Source: Octopus sinensis (Eukaryota). Taken from it: 64,000 bases of DNA. The position numbers and the translations under genes were made by a program. Of the stretch, positions 14,701 to 30,400 are shown piece after piece. The stretch is taken from contig NC_042997.1 in the NCBI RefSeq assembly GCF_006345805.1, forward strand, positions 15,004,001 through 15,068,000, read 5' to 3'. The notes below the pieces were generated by a model. It did not search any database, was not told the DNA's origin, and saw only the letters and a program-made list of their open reading frames with translations. The first letter of the stretch is position 1. The number at the start of each line of letters is the position of its first letter.

Positions 14701-17700
14701 TGCCCTCTTAGTTGAAGTTGAGGGACCATGCCTTGCCCATACATCTCAGTTTTTGGCATAGTTTTTATGGCTGTATGCCATAGAAATTAAAACAATTAAC
14801 TTTTTGGGTGCCCATTGCTGATAATGATAACTTTGTTTTTCAGTCCCCCCCCCCCACTAAGATGAATTGCAGGTTATGTGTTATTCGCCATCTTTGCAGT
14901 GTGTTTTGAATACACACTGCACATGTCTAGCAAGTAAGAGTTAGCCACACAGTATTGACTCTTGGATGGATGGTTGCAGGCATACTGTCAAACTCTGTAT
15001 GTTCCACACTTTGTCTTGAATTCATATGCATCATCTCTCGATGTGTAGTCTGGTTTAATGTTAGATGCTCATAGGTTTATTACATGATAATGTATCTTGA
15101 TGGCTGTCTTTACAAAACGAATGACAAAAGGAATAATCAACAACAATAAAAAAAAAAAAAGCTTAAAACCATAGCATTGCAAAATAAGAACTTTAGATAT
15201 ATCTAATTAATGTCTATCATCTGAACTTTTTGTAAATAATCATTGTAATTCAGTAATTTTCTTTGTCTAAATGTCTAAATAGCAAGAGATATGGACAAGC
15301 ATGGTTACAGAGGAGCAGTAATATATTTAAGGTGGCAAGCTGGCAGAATCGTTAGCACGTCAGGCGAAATGTCGAGCAGTATTTCGTCTGCCGTTACGTT
15401 GTGAGTTCAAATTCCGCCAAGGTCGACTTTGCCTTTCATCCTTTCGGGGTCGATAAATTAAGTACCAGTTACGCACTGGGGTTGATGTAAATGGCTTAAT
15501 ACCTATGTCTGTCCTTGTTTGTCCCCTCTATGTTTAGCCCCTTGTGGGTAGTAAAGAAATAAGTAATATATTTAACTCATTAGCACTTAAACCAGCCATA
15601 TCTGGCTGAAATATTGTTTTATGCACAAACTGGTTAAATCTGGCTTGTATCTACCCTACAATGCCATTCGAAAAATAAACAATCACATCATAAAAACGTC
15701 AAAGCTGTGAGATTGATGCATGTTTAATTCAATACATTTGACAAGGTAATCTGAATGTTAAAGGGCTAAATATAGATTTGACTCAAGAGGAATTATATTT
15801 GCTCATTTAGATCTTATGCAATCAGTACAGAACATTAGCACTGTTCACTGATAATGCTCTACAGTTTATACAAATTACGTAAAGCAGTATGATTTGCTGT
15901 TGATGTGTTTATATCTTTACTGACTCGTGTTCAAAATAAACTAGGTGTGTTCAACGGTCTGTTTCAGTTTTGAAATGAATACTATGCTATTGAGTTGCCT
16001 TCTAGTTACATATTATCTTTGTAATTAATGCAATTATTTTTATCTATTGCATTAGGACTCAAGTAATCTCTCATAAGGTGTGTCCCCAGAATAATTTTTG
16101 TTTGCTTAACCCTTTAGTGTTTAAACCGGCCATATCAGGCCAAAATTGTCTTCCTGTTTTATGCTCAAACCAGCCAGCTCTGACCTCTCACACCTACCCT
16201 ACAAAGTCATTCTAAAAATAAACAGGGACATCATCAATATCCCAGAGTTACAAGATGCTGTACAATTAATTTAAAACACTGTGATTAAACAGGCTTTAGA
16301 TTTGACAGAGTAATCTGAATGCTAAAGGGTTAAAGTTCCTTTCATTTATTTCCACTTATGGATTATGAAGTGTGATTGTCTAACTTTCGTGCGTTCCTCT
16401 AAGAAATTAGCATTGCAAATTTGACTGAGAATAAAATGTTAAGTTGGTAAATGTAACTAAGTATAAATATGAATGAGAATGTCTAGTTGTCACCAAATGT
16501 AACATAGAAGAGAATCCTGTGTTTTTGAAGGATGAATGAGAAAGATAATGATAGGCTCTCAAATAAGCAAATTTATTCGTAACTATCAGAAAGCTGTTAA
16601 AATCCAAGAAATGCTTGATTCTCAGTTTAAAATTGAATATGTTTGTTTTTTTTTTTTCATATGTACAAGATAGAAATACTAGAACTGCATGTTTGTTATT
16701 TGTTGTTGCCTCACATAGTGTGTAAGCTTGAGGAAATAGAATGCAAATTGTGTGAGAATCATTTTTTACAGCCTAACTGAGAGGACAGATACTCCAGTCA
16801 TTATTAAGGCAAATTCTAGTGAGAGGTTCAAACTGAATCTTAGTTACATGAAAAATAAAATGTTCCAGAAAGTTCTTCATGCATTTTGTCAGTAAAATCA
16901 AGCAGGAGTAGGTTTTTGAAGCTACCCAACAATTTATCTGGGCAGCCACTAAATATTATTGGCTGAAATAATGGGGAAAAGTGTGTCTACCAGCCTACAT
17001 AGGCAGTTTAGCATTTGCAACTATTACAGTACCAAATATGGTATTAAGTATTGTATTATTTTCTAAAAACAATGCCATAATCTATACCAGAATGTTGAGA
17101 ATCAATTCCTAGAAGAGTAAAACAAAATACAGATTTGGTATTCAAAATTGGGTATTAGGGTCAGTTTGGCAGATTATTATTCAGCACTTGTCTACCAGAC
17201 TTTAGTATTGGAATTTGAAGAATTGTATGTTCATAAAACCTTTTAATGACATCTCATAAAGAACAACTCTCTTGACATGGGTTCATTTGTCTGAAGACAC
17301 ATCTTGTGGAATTTATTTTATTTTCTGTCTTACAGGGATAGCATCTGTGAAAAATGTTTGGAAGATGTGTCAAATGAATCTGATTCCATTGATCCCACTA
17401 TCAGTATGCTGATTTCCAAAAACGAGGTATGTCTTTATAATTTTTGTATCTGTTTTGATATTAGTTATCAGGACAGTGAAACTGATCAAGACAATTCTTG
17501 ATTAAATACATTACATTATTTTGTTTTCCATGTCCCAAGTTTAAACCTAAACAGTTGACTTTGCTCTTCAGTAAAGGCCAGTCATATGCAGTGGTTGATA
17601 CATTTGTATCCCCTCTGTACAAAAGTTGGTCTTTGGCTGAGTAAGAATCCAATGTTGAAAATTTATCCTTATCTTTCTGTGAAATATATATTTTTTTTTA

Positions 17701-20700
17701 TACTTAAAAAATATTTAGATTTCTTTGTTTCTAAGATACTGACTGGGCTGCTGAACAATTAATGGACAGATGAAACTCTGTGTAAAACTTTTTATGTTGT
17801 TTTAGATAAAATCCAATTTGGAAAAAGTTTATACTAGAATTAACACTTGAAAGTATTATCAACATATGTGTTATGCTCCTCTCATAACATGTTGCTTGTA
17901 TTAGGTTTAAATTACATTTAAGAAAGAAAAAAAACAGATTGACTTTGTACCTTGAAATGATTTTGAGAGAGATAAATTTGTTAAAGATTATGTAAATTAA
18001 CAATTGAATGACTAGTGATAGGAAGGATGTCCAGTTAAACAAATTCCATAGCCTCAGCTTCCTGTAAAAGTTTAAATATTATTTTCATGAATATCAAAAA
18101 TTCATAGAGCCAGTATTTACTGATAGATTCTTTAGCATTTACCAGATAAGAGACAAATAACTCCCTTGTTTAAATGCTAGTCTAACACAAGAAAGCTTCC
18201 CTGAAGTTCTGATACCTAATCTTAACAGCTAAAGGAAGGATATAGAAAAAATATTTTAGTCCAAATTTGAAACAAAATGACATGAATTTCAGCTCAAACC
18301 AAGAATTGGCAATCCAGTACCTTAGCTTTTATAATACACACTGGATTTTAGTACTTTTACTAAAACATGTTTTTCAGAATATTGAGTTAACATTACTACC
18401 ATAATAACTCAATACCATAACCTTATTTTGCACCGTTTTATTAATAAAATAAATTATTTAGTATATTTGTGATGTTATAAATTATAGCATATGCAAATCA
18501 GCTTTTCTTTTTATTGTTTTTTTATAAATATATTCCCAAAGTTCTTCAATTTATTGATAAAGTATTTATCAGTTAGACATGGCTTCTTCTAAAGAGTTAT
18601 GCCATTTTACTTGCAGCAACCATATACTCCTGATTATTACCTTCGGAAAGAACTTGACAAACACCCTGCTCAGTGTTTATATCCAGGGTGTTCATGGAAA
18701 GGCAAATTCAAGGATTATAAAGTAAGTTCATTATTAAATTTCAACTCCTTGCATATAATTCATTGTTTAATTCACAGGTTAATTCACTCACCTCTTCTCG
18801 TCTTGTGCTAATTTCAGGAATTATTATTATTGTTGTCTTCTCCTTTAAGGTGGCAAGCTGGCAGACTCATAAACACAATCATTTTGTCTGTCTTTACATT
18901 CTGAGTTCAAAGTTTGCCAAGGTTGACTTTCTCTTTCGTCCTTTCAGGGTTAATATAATAAATACCAGTTGAACACTAGCATCAATGTAATTGACTTAGC
19001 TCCTCCCTTACAATTGCTGGCCTTGTGCCAAAATTTGATACCATTATTCTCTCCTTTTCCACTACTCCTCCCCATGTACTTGGATGCAAGCAGTTTTGTC
19101 TTGTGTACATTAGATGCACTCCAATTTCAGCAATACATTCAAGAGAAAAAAAAATTAATGCATTTAAACTTAGTTGCCCAAGTTCACGTAAGACCCAGGG
19201 GTTTTTTAAAGACGTTTTGGGGCAAAAAGTGCATTCACATAAAGTATGGAAACCCATAAGGGGGAGGAGTGTTTCTTTTTTCTGAATATCTTCACATTGA
19301 CATTGTTTGAGCTATATATCCCACATAAACAAAAGTTTAAGAGCTCAGTGGTTTGATGTGTGGAATAAAGTATCTTGCTTAAAAACGAGAGTTGGCATCA
19401 GGAAGGACTTCCAGCTGTAGAAAACTGATATAAGAATTTGCATCCAATCCACTCTAGCGTAGAAAAAGCAGGTGTATTAACAGTAACGATGATTTTATGA
19501 CTACTTGATATTCAGTTTAGAAAGTGTTCAATTACTTATGATATATGTCAATCCTGAATTTGGCTGTTACATAATTATAATAGACTTAATGACTCCCAAC
19601 CTTCCTATACTAGGATTGTTGTTAACATTTTTTTGCAATTTTTTAATTTATTTGTTTTTTCTTGCCATGTAAACATGCCACTACAATTGTGTTTGTAGTT
19701 TATGTTGTGTTAGGGGATGTCTTTTCCAGAAATGATGTAGTTTACCATAGCTCCATATACTTCATCATCATCATCATTTAATGTCCACTTTCCATGCTGT
19801 CATGGGTTGAACATTTTCAGGTCTGGCACGCTAGAAGGCTGCACCGGGCTCCAATCTGATCTGGCAAAGTTTCTACTGCTGGATGCCCCTTCTAATGCCA
19901 ACCACTTTGAGAATGTAGTGGGTGCTTTTACATGCCATGAGCATGAGGGCCAGTCAGGCGGTACTGGTATCGGCCATGCTCAAATGGTACTTCTGACATG
20001 CCACCTGCACAAGAACCTGTCTGGCAACGACCACGCTCGAATGGTTTTTTTATGTGCCACCGGCACAGGGACCAGTCAGGCAACGCTGGCAATGATCACA
20101 CTCGAATGGTGCTTTTCACGTTCCACTGGTGCAGGTGCCAATCAGGCAGTACTGTCATTGGCCACAACAACGATTTCACTTGCCTCAACAGGTCTTCGCA
20201 AGTGTAGTTTATTGTCCAATGATTGAAGGATACTCTTAAATGGGCTGGTTACGCAGCACTGGCATAGGCTACAGTTATGGTCTCACTTGGCTTGCCGGAT
20301 CTTCTCAAGCACAGCATATCTCCAAAGGTCTCAGTCACTTGTCATTGCCCTAATGTTTGTAGGTCATGCTATATTTCTTATTACATGAACTGTCAGGCCA
20401 TTAATTCCAGACAATCCTCTGTATTTTGTTTTTTTAGTCATTGATTTGTTAACCCTTCTATTACCATATTTCTGAAATACACTGCATATTTCAATTAATT
20501 TTGAAAATCATGAAGAATTTAGCTGGTATTTACAACATAAATCAAAATGAAATTTGCATGGAAGGTTTTAATTTAGATCATTATAAAACAGGAAGTATTT
20601 AACACAGAACCAAGAACAGTCTCAAACAGATTGGTATCAAAAGGATTAAATATTTAATTTTCACCTATAGCATTGTTTCTTTGGATATGTTTCAACCGTG

Positions 20701-21076
20701 GTTTTGTTTCTACAATCCCCTTCTGTTTAATGTTATCAAGGAAGTAATGACAGCTGAGTTTGTGAAAACAAATTTCAAGAATCAGATTTTCTTAAGTGCC
20801 ACAGCACTAAAAACCTATTACCTCCATTCATTAGATTCCCATTTTATCAAAATTGAACTTGTGTCTAATTATAATAAAGAAATTATTATAAGGCTGTTAA
20901 GGTCTATTGGACTAGAGTTATATAAGTGTGCATTATAAATCTGGTTTTGACTGGGACTTTGTTTTGCCTAACAGCTTATTCAAAACTAAATTCATAATTT
21001 AACTTAAATCATAGTAAACAACTCTCCTTATCAAGAAATGTTCCATTGTTATTCTTAAAATTTTTAAATAAAAGAA

Positions 21077-21127
<51 letters not shown>

Positions 21128-21406
21128 CTCTTCTTTGGCTGTCAGTCATAAGTCGACATTGACTATTCTTGTGCAGTAATCATCTGGCCAGCTTGTATGT
21201 GGGCTACATGGCCTGCTCTTGATTTGCAGCAATGTCATCATGTATATATTTAGTGTGTATATGTGGGTGTATGTGTGTACATATTTTGTGTATGTGTATG
21301 GCTACCGAATAATTGTCACATATTACATTTACAGATAAATTCCTCTATTTACATAATATTGAGGCCTCTTTCTATCTTTTGTTGTCTTATCATTTTTATC
21401 TATCTA

Positions 21407-21442
<36 letters not shown>

Positions 21443-24400
21443 GTGGGGGGGGTATTGGCATTTGATGTTCTCCTACCTCCCTCAAAATTACTATTTTCTT
21501 CAGTTTTATTTCTTTTCATTTCTACTAAAGTACGTTTCATACTTATGTTATAAATCATAACTATATCTCTTTTTGTGGTGATTTAGTAATGTTGGAAAAG
21601 AGATCTAATTAACAGTCCAGCTTCAGTCAGAACTTAAAACTTATCATTCTCCCTAGTTTTGCCTAAGTCTATTGAGCCAAGCAATTATTAGTTTTTAGAC
21701 ATTGTTGCTTTGAAATTACTTTTATGCTTTGAAGATATATATTTTTAGAGATTTGCTTGTTAATTATTTTAATTGTACAATAGTCATGAGTCTTCTTGAT
21801 CCCTAACTTTTATATAAGTGTGTATTATAAATTTGATTTTGACTAGGACTTTGTTTTGTCTAATAGTTAATTCAAAACTAAAATCATGATAATTTAACTT
21901 TACTCTTAGTAAACAATTCTCCCTATCAAGAAATGTTCCATTGTTACTCTTAAAATTTCTTTAAAATAAAGAAACAAGCATATGTGTGTATATATTTCAT
22001 ACACATTTGTAACATTATACTTAACTCCTTGACAAATAGCAGTACTTCACTATCATCCTCCCTATCCTCAACATAACCAGGTCATCTTCATGACTAGAAA
22101 ATACTGTAGATTACAACTACTATTAATACAAACCATCTACAAAGCTTAGCTGAAACCTACAAGTTGCTATTCCTACATTTGGAATGCTGCTGCTACACAC
22201 CACAGACATCCTAGACTAGATTCAAAGAAAAGCCTTCCAACTGATTGTAATGTGATTAAACACCAACACAGTCTGACCTCTGGTCCACATATGCTGTCTC
22301 TTTTCTATCTTTCTACTGCTTCTATAATTGCCTCTGCTCCTTGGAGCTGGCTGGGTTCATGTCATTTCCTTTCAGGCATCCTCTTTACTCACTCTTATTT
22401 TGTCACTATATTGTGTCCACCATACCAGACCACCTACTAACTATTATGCTCAGTCCTTCTTCTCTTCAATATCAGCCTCTATAATTCCGCTTCTATGTGA
22501 GATTATATCTACAGCCATCAACTCCAAATAGTCCAAGAAGAATGCTGACTACATCTAGCGCCGCCTCGACTGGCTTCCGTGTTGGTGGCACGTAAAAAGC
22601 ACCATCTGAATCGTGGCCGAAGCCAGTGCCGCCTCGACTGGCTTCCATGCCGGTGGCACGTAAAATGCACCAATCCGACCATGGCCGATGCCAGCCTCGC
22701 CTGGCACCAGTACAGGTGGCATGTAAAAAGCACCCACTACACTCACGGAGTGGTTGGTGTTAGGAAGGGCATCCAGCTGTAGAAACATTGCCAGATAAAA
22801 ACTGGAGCCTGGTGCAGCCTTCTGGCTTCCCAGATCCCCGGTCGAACCGTCCAACCCATGCTAGCATGGAGAACGGACGTTAAACGATGATGATGATGAT
22901 CTATGTTCCCATCTTGAAGAACCTGTGATGGTCATTATATATAGTCCAGTTCCTTTCCCTATGCCAAACCAGTAAATAAAAGAAAAATAATGATGTCTGT
23001 AACTAGTTTAATGATGCTCAAGCATCTTCATATGTTCTTGGAAGACTTTGGCTAACCAGCTTTGATATTTATCTGGAATTCCTTCAAATATTTTCCTGTT
23101 GTTTTGAATTGTCTGGAAGTAATTTATTTCATTCCTTTTCATTTTTATCACACCCAATGTTGAAGGACCAGTTATTAGGACTTGAGGATTTCATGCTCTA
23201 TATTAATGTGGTATTTTTCACATGTCAATTCTCAGGTTGCTAGACGTAGCAATCCAATTTAACTCATTCAATACACTCATCTCTCTTCCTTCCATCATCC
23301 CTTTTGAACCTTACCATCCACTTGAGATTCCATTCAAAATACTGAGTCCAATTCTTCCTTCGAATTACATTTTCTTCAGGGCTCTGGAATTGGAGTCGGA
23401 AACTATTAAGGGGTAGCTGGAGTTGGTAAAACTGATTCCAACTCACAATATCTTTATTCTTTAATGCTGTGCGTGAGAAGACCCGGTAGGACAAGTGAGG
23501 CCATAACCCATAGCCTCAGTCCACTTATGCATACCTTTCCTTCTTGGGACACAAAACTCTACTTGTGAAGACCTGTTGAGGCAAGTGAAAAACAAAATCG
23601 AAATCGATCAACATCAATAGAAATCGTAGCTGTGATACCAGTGCCGGTGGCACATAAGAGAACCATCCGAACGTCGCCATTGCCAGCGCCGCCCCGACTG
23701 CCTCCGTGCCAGTGGCACGTAAAAAACACCATCTGATCGTGGCCATTGCCAGCCTCGCCTTAAAAAGCACCATCCGATCGTGGCCATTGCCAGCCTTGCC
23801 TGGCCTCCGTGCCGGTGGCACGTAAAAAGCACCATCCGACTGTGGCCATTTGCCAGCCTCATCTGGCACGTAAAAAGCACCCACTACACTCATAGAGTGG
23901 TTGGTGTTAGGAAGGGCATCCAGCCGTAGAAGCATTGCCAGATCAGACTGGGCCTGGTGCAGCCTTCTGGTTTCCCAGACCCCAGTTGAACCGTCCAACC
24001 CATGCCAGCATGGAAAGCAGATGCTAAATGATGATGATGATGATAAACTAGTTATAACATATAGGCTTACTCAAAGTACAAGCGTATGCATATGCTTTAT
24101 GGGATATATAGACCACAATCACTTAATTACATAAAGAGGAGTCGGAATCAGAGTCACCAATAGTACAGGAATTGGAGTCAAAGTTTTTTGTTTCGACTCC
24201 ACAGCCCTGCTTTTCTTAAACTTTGTTTTCAGCATCTAATTAGTAACGATTCCTTTTGAAAGCCAAGTGCAGATTTCAGAACTTACTATTTTAATTGTTG
24301 AAAGGAAGTGGAAGGATCTTTCTTAACTACATTCTTTTCTTTTTCTCATTCAATAAGAACACTTTTTAATATGTCCTTGTAAGTTGGCAAAACTCGCTCA

Positions 24401-27400
24401 CTAAGATCACATGGAGTACCAAATATTGGGCATTCAGTATCATGACATGTTATTGGCTTATGGGTCATCACTTAATGCAAACAACATTAAATTTAATACA
24501 ATGGCCTAAAGTCAAGGTATAAAGCAGAAAAATTCACACATGTACGATGTACATCTATGTGCAACAACCATTGCAGTGGTTCACACTCCCATTCTCTTTA
24601 TAGTCAGTGTGGGACCTCAAGATATTAGTCGATTATAATGAAACTTGGTATGCAACCTCTTAAGGACACTATATTCACTGTTTTGCATTCTGCTATGCAG
24701 AAATATGCATTCGTTGTGACTTATAATCCATGAAATCCAAAATTCGACCAAAAATAGTGATTTTTAAAATTTGCAATTGTTGTGGAGCCTGAAAAAAATA
24801 TTTAATCATAAAGTTCTTTATACACCTTTCTTTTAACCCTAATTCACAACAAAATATCAATTCTTGGTTACCAATTTCAAAAGTTGCATTTTTCACTCCT
24901 CCCTGCCATCTACATCTACTTTTCAACCCTTTAGCATTCAGATTATTCTGTTAAATGTTTATTTATTCATTCACATTGGTTTAAGTTAATCATGCATTAC
25001 CTCCTAGCTTTCAGATTTCAATGATGTGATTGTTTAGTTTTAGAATGACATTATAGTATAGGTGCGAGAGGCTGGTTGGTTTAAACATAGAACAGCTAGA
25101 ATAATTGGGCCTGGATATGACCAATTTAAATGCTAAAGGGTGGAAGTTAACTTCCTTTTTCAGAATATTTTTCATGATAAAGACTCGTATACTCCAATGA
25201 GTTTGCAATCATTTATAAGTCTTCTGGATTTTTTAAAATTGTTTATCATTTCGTTAGATATAGGTATACTTTCAACATCTTGGCTATTTTACAAAGAATC
25301 ATTGTCACCCTAAGATGTTTCTCATAAAAAAGAAGCTGCTTCTTAGAGATTTTAAATTCTTTTTGATACATTTACTTTATATCTGCATTTTAATATTTCT
25401 TGTATTTGTTGTTTGACATGATTAAAAGAAAATTATTTAAAAAAAGGCTATAAACTAGTCTTCTGTATTCATATATCTATAGTTGCTTTGCAAACTTCTT
25501 TTTTTTCCATGTAAGAACAGTGCAGTATTCGCTTGTGATTTGCAAACCTTTAACATAAATGTTTTTTGCACATTTAATTTTTTTGTTAAATTTCATCTTT
25601 ATGTGTGTCTTCAATTCACATCCATTTCTTGATGCTGATATGAGCTGGATAGGTTATTATGGTCCAAGTTAGAGCTTAACTGCCCTCCTGCATAGACTGG
25701 AGAGCCTGTCTTGCTCACACACCACATATTGTGGCTTGGTTTCTGTGATTAGATCCCTTCCTGTTGCCAGCCCATTACATATAATTTCTTATTTTGCTTA
25801 GGCTCAGCAATACTAATAATCAGTTTATAGAACTCCATATGCGTAAACTTTAGAGTAAAGCATTAGGCAAGTAGATTTAATATCAATTAATGAATGACAA
25901 GAGAACAAGTGTATCATAATCACCTTCATTAGTTTACAGCTGTTTCAGAACTGAGTGCTTGTGCAACATCTTATGACTTCCTTGGAGCCTTTACAATGAA
26001 GTGTGTTTATTTCAGAAATCATTTAAATACATAGGATGTTGCACTGCTTCTTAAAAATGAAATGGCTGTAAGTTAATAAAGGGGATTATGTAACTCCCGT
26101 TTTCTTGTCATTTATTTATATATACAGGGTGCTGTGAATATATTGTCATCTAAATTACATAAAAATAGCATGAAATACTAAAGAGTAAATTCATTCAATA
26201 AAATCGCCATTGGTTTCATTCACAACTTCCAGGTGACTTCGGAATCTCCTGCAACTCTTTTGGACAGTCTCTTTGTTTAAGTTGGTGAATGCTTCCTTAA
26301 TCCTTGCCTTCAGTTCATCTTTGGTGTTACAAGGAGTTTTGTTTGTCTCTCGCTCAACTGCACCCCACACATAATAATCAAGGGGATTGCAGTCTGGGGA
26401 GTTAGGTGACCAGATGTTGGGGGTGATGTGGTCATAGAAATTGTCTGACAACCATGACTGGGTTCTCCTGCTTATGTGGCATGGTACAGAGTCCTGTTGC
26501 CAAGCACAGGCACTTAATGTAGGCCTTTGTGTTGTGTCTGAGGCCATGTGGGAAGCCGAATGGAGGCATAACATCACCATCTCTCCAAACACCATGATGT
26601 TGACTGGATGATTGATTTTTATCACTCTTGGTACAGGTTTTGGGGACACAGCAAGCCAACAGTTGTTCTGTATGTTCACTATCTGTTTATATTGGGGCTT
26701 CTGGCGTGAATGCCAAGCAGTACAGCGTCGTTTCCAAATTTCTGGCAGAGAGAATTGCATCATGGAGCCGTTTTCCTCACAGATGGTGCCCAGCTGACCC
26801 TACTTTACTGTGTAGTCAACAAAATCAAAAACAAAAAAATTAAATGGCACCAATTTACCCATTGCACCCTGTATATATCTATAAATATATAAAGCACTTG
26901 TTTAGCTCTAGCTCAGCTCTGATTGAGCTGACCTATGATTAAAGGCCTTGACCATCCATCTTTCCTTTGAAAGCATAGTGCTTCCAGAATTATAAGTGTC
27001 CTTCCAATTTTTAAGACAGTAGGTATGTTTTGAAGGAAATTTGGCTGCTATTCCTAGCAATTATATAGAGGGCGTGTTGATTGCTTAATTTCTTTCACCA
27101 TACTGAAAAACTTGTGTTTAAAGAAATAAATGGAGAGCACCAGACAAGCTTGTGAGATGCCTGTTCTCAACTACTTTGGGCCATTTCACTTACACCACTT
27201 TATTTTCTTGAAAATTACTTTGTGTCTTGTTTTTTCTACCTTGAAGATTATTGGTTTTTCGTCCCTGTAAGAAATCTTTATTTTGTGGACTATTGGATTG
27301 GTATGCACAACAGGAAGTCAAATTGAAGTTCCAACTATGCATAATCTTTGTTTTCTATCTTCTTTTTTGTAAATAATTATTAGTAGTATACTATAATTGA

Positions 27401-30400
27401 TTTGAAGGACTATAATTCTTTCTCCAAATAAAACTGCCCTGTACCTTGTTAAATAAGATCTTTAATACATGACATGTGGAGGCGCAACAGCCCAGTGGTT
27501 AGGGCAACAGACTCGCAGTCGGAGGATCATGGTTTCGACTCCCAGACCGGGCATTGTATGTGTTTATTGAGCGAAATCACCTAAAGCTCCACGAGGCTCC
27601 GGCAGGGGGGGGGTGCGACCCCTGTTGTACTCTTACGCCCCAACTTTCTCTCACTCTTTCTTCCTGTTTCTTGAGTAACGCTGCAATGGACTGGTGTCCC
27701 GTCCAGCTGGGGAGAACACATACGCCATAGAAACCAGGAAACCGGGCCCATGAGCCTGGCTAGGCTTGAAAAGGGCACATAGATAAAAAAAAAAATACAT
27801 GACATACTAACATATTGAGAATTAATGCTTGCTGTAAATGTTATAGAATTTATTGTCTCCAGAGTGTTCATACTCTTCTTTCAGAAGCTGTAAGTTCTGA
27901 TTTACTTTCGTCTTAATAATAGGCGCAGGAGTGGCTGTGTGGTAAGTTGCTTGCTAACCAACCACATGGTTCCGGGTTCAGTCCCACTGCGTGGCATCTT
28001 GGGCAAGTGTCTTCTGCTATAGCCCCGGGCCGACCAATGCTTTGTGAGTGGATTTGGTAGACGGAAACTGAAAGAAGCCTGTCGTATATATGTATATATA
28101 TATATATATAAGTGTGTGTGTATATGTTTGTGTCTGTGTTTGTTCCCCTAGCATTGCTTGATAACCGATGCTGGTGTGTTTACGTCCCCGTCACTTAGCG
28201 GTTCGGCAAAAGTGCCCGATAGAAATAGTACTGGGCTTACAAAGAATAAGTCCCGGGGTCGATTTGCTCGACTAAAGGCGGTGCTCCAGCATGGCCGCAG
28301 TCAAATGACTGAAACAAGTAAAAGAGTATCATTCTGTTAGCTGGCTGAGACTGTTGACACATCTCACTCTCTGCGGGTTTTTTATCCCTTGAACTTTTTA
28401 AAACGCTCCATCACCATCTTTTAACAAATGTTTTCCGGGTTAGTGTGAGTTGGACAGTTCAACGGGAGCTGGCAAACGAGAGTACTGCACTAAGCACCAA
28501 TACCTGCATGATTTCTATGACTGAATACCTTTCCTAATGCCAACTGCTTTACAGAGTGTATTGGGTGCTATTTATATGGCACTGGCACGAATGAGGTCTC
28601 CAAGTAAGTTACAACGGGGGTGGGGTGAGGAATAGTATTGAAGGAGGTGGTTCTATACCAGGTGATGAGAGATTAAAGTATAATAGTTGGACATGAACAG
28701 GTGTCTTGCTGTAAGGGAGAGACATGGTTATCCTGTTGGAAAAGATGGTGGTGAAGATGTGTCAGGGCATACCCTCAAATTATACAAGAAATTGAATATA
28801 AGTGGTATGGATGGGTAAGTGATGTTTGCAGAAGCATGAAAGAAGCATGGCAGATTAACACTTAGATGTTAATGTTATGAAACCTTACTCTAATTAAAAT
28901 AACATCTATAAGTAAATTAACATATTGTTGCAAATGTTGTGACTTATGAAATGCAAAAGCATTGGTATCGTTTTACATTTACTTTTTCTGTACTGACATA
29001 TATGGAACAAGACTTATTAAAGTGGTATTCTACCACTGGATACCATTTCTGTTTCTAAATGTCACCTGATTTTCAAATAAGGAATATTTATTTAAATTAG
29101 CTTTCACACTTCAAAACTTCAGAGCTACAGAAACTATTGTTTATTAGAAATACAAGCATGATGCCACTGTTGCTCACTTGATGTTAGTGTGGAGACACCT
29201 AGAAAAAATATGTGTGCATACAATTTCCATCTACCAAATTTCATTCAGAAGGCATTGGTCAGCTTAAGGCAATAAAAGATACTTGCCCATGGTGCCATGC
29301 AGTGGGATGATTACAAATGTTAGCATAAAATCATGGCATGATGATGATGATGATAACAACAATATCAGTAGCCCTATACAGTATAAATATTTAAAGCTAG
29401 GATTGAAATTAGAGTTCAGATTACGTCTGCTTTCAGAGTATCAAAACGTAGAAACCATGCTGAAGCAGACAGCGAAGCTTGGCATAGTTTTCTGGTTTGA
29501 CTGCTCCTGTCAAACTGTCCAACCCATGCTAGTATAGAAAAATGGATGTAAAATAATAATGATAATGAGTAAATGCCATTTAGTTTGAAAATGTCTAAAC
29601 TGAATCACCCTGAATATTTTAAATTCATTCCTTCAACAATCATTGACAGAAGACAAAGTAAACAGTATCAGCTTATGTCAAATTTAGGGGTTACAATTTC
29701 ACGGAGTAAAAATTTAATGCAACATGGTATGCTCTGAAAACTACGTTGCTGGTAACTTATCCATGGCGATGGGTCAGAACTAATACACATTTCAATTTGC
29801 ATACACCCTTCAATTCAATATTTCTTTTCAGTCTATGTTCTTCATGTAAGTTTTCCCTTGTTTGTCGGCATTGGTAGCTTTAACTTTCACATCAGATAAT
29901 TTGCAAGTCCTTGAGAATGCAACATATAGCTGTCCATGGCTGAATACAGGTTCAAGCAAGAACAACCCCACTTTATCAAATAACTGCCCTTGTGATTTGT
30001 TGATAGTCATTGCAAATGACAGGCAAACAGAAGACTGGTTTCTTTCTAAAGTGAATGGCAACTTTGGGATGTGCATGCATTAAGTAATAGGTGATAAAAA
30101 AAAAATTTAGTCTAATCAAAAAAAAAAAATACCTTTCACTATGCACTCACCACCATCATCATCTCTCTTTCTCTGCCTTTCTTTGATCTCACCATCTGAA
30201 CATCACCCCTCTGCTAAAATTATATTCCTAACTCTCCTCTATACCACTACCGTCAACTAACTTTTTTTAACCTCCTAATAAATATTATGTTCCCCCTACC
30301 ATGTCATGGATGCTTCTCTCTCCCTCTTTTTCTTTCTCTCTTTTCTTCTAATCATGTGAAAGCATTACCAACAGGCTAAGTAACATAATGACAACTGGAA

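Noticed and set aside
22557-24044. Regularly spaced tggcacgtaaaaagcacc repeats resembling a CRISPR array
   Set aside because: The spacers are homologous to each other, the context is a eukaryotic LINE 3' UTR and no cas genes are present.
29828-30076. Host PIF1 helicase gene exon
   Set aside because: An isolated degenerate fragment typical of Helitron RepHel, with no other exons.
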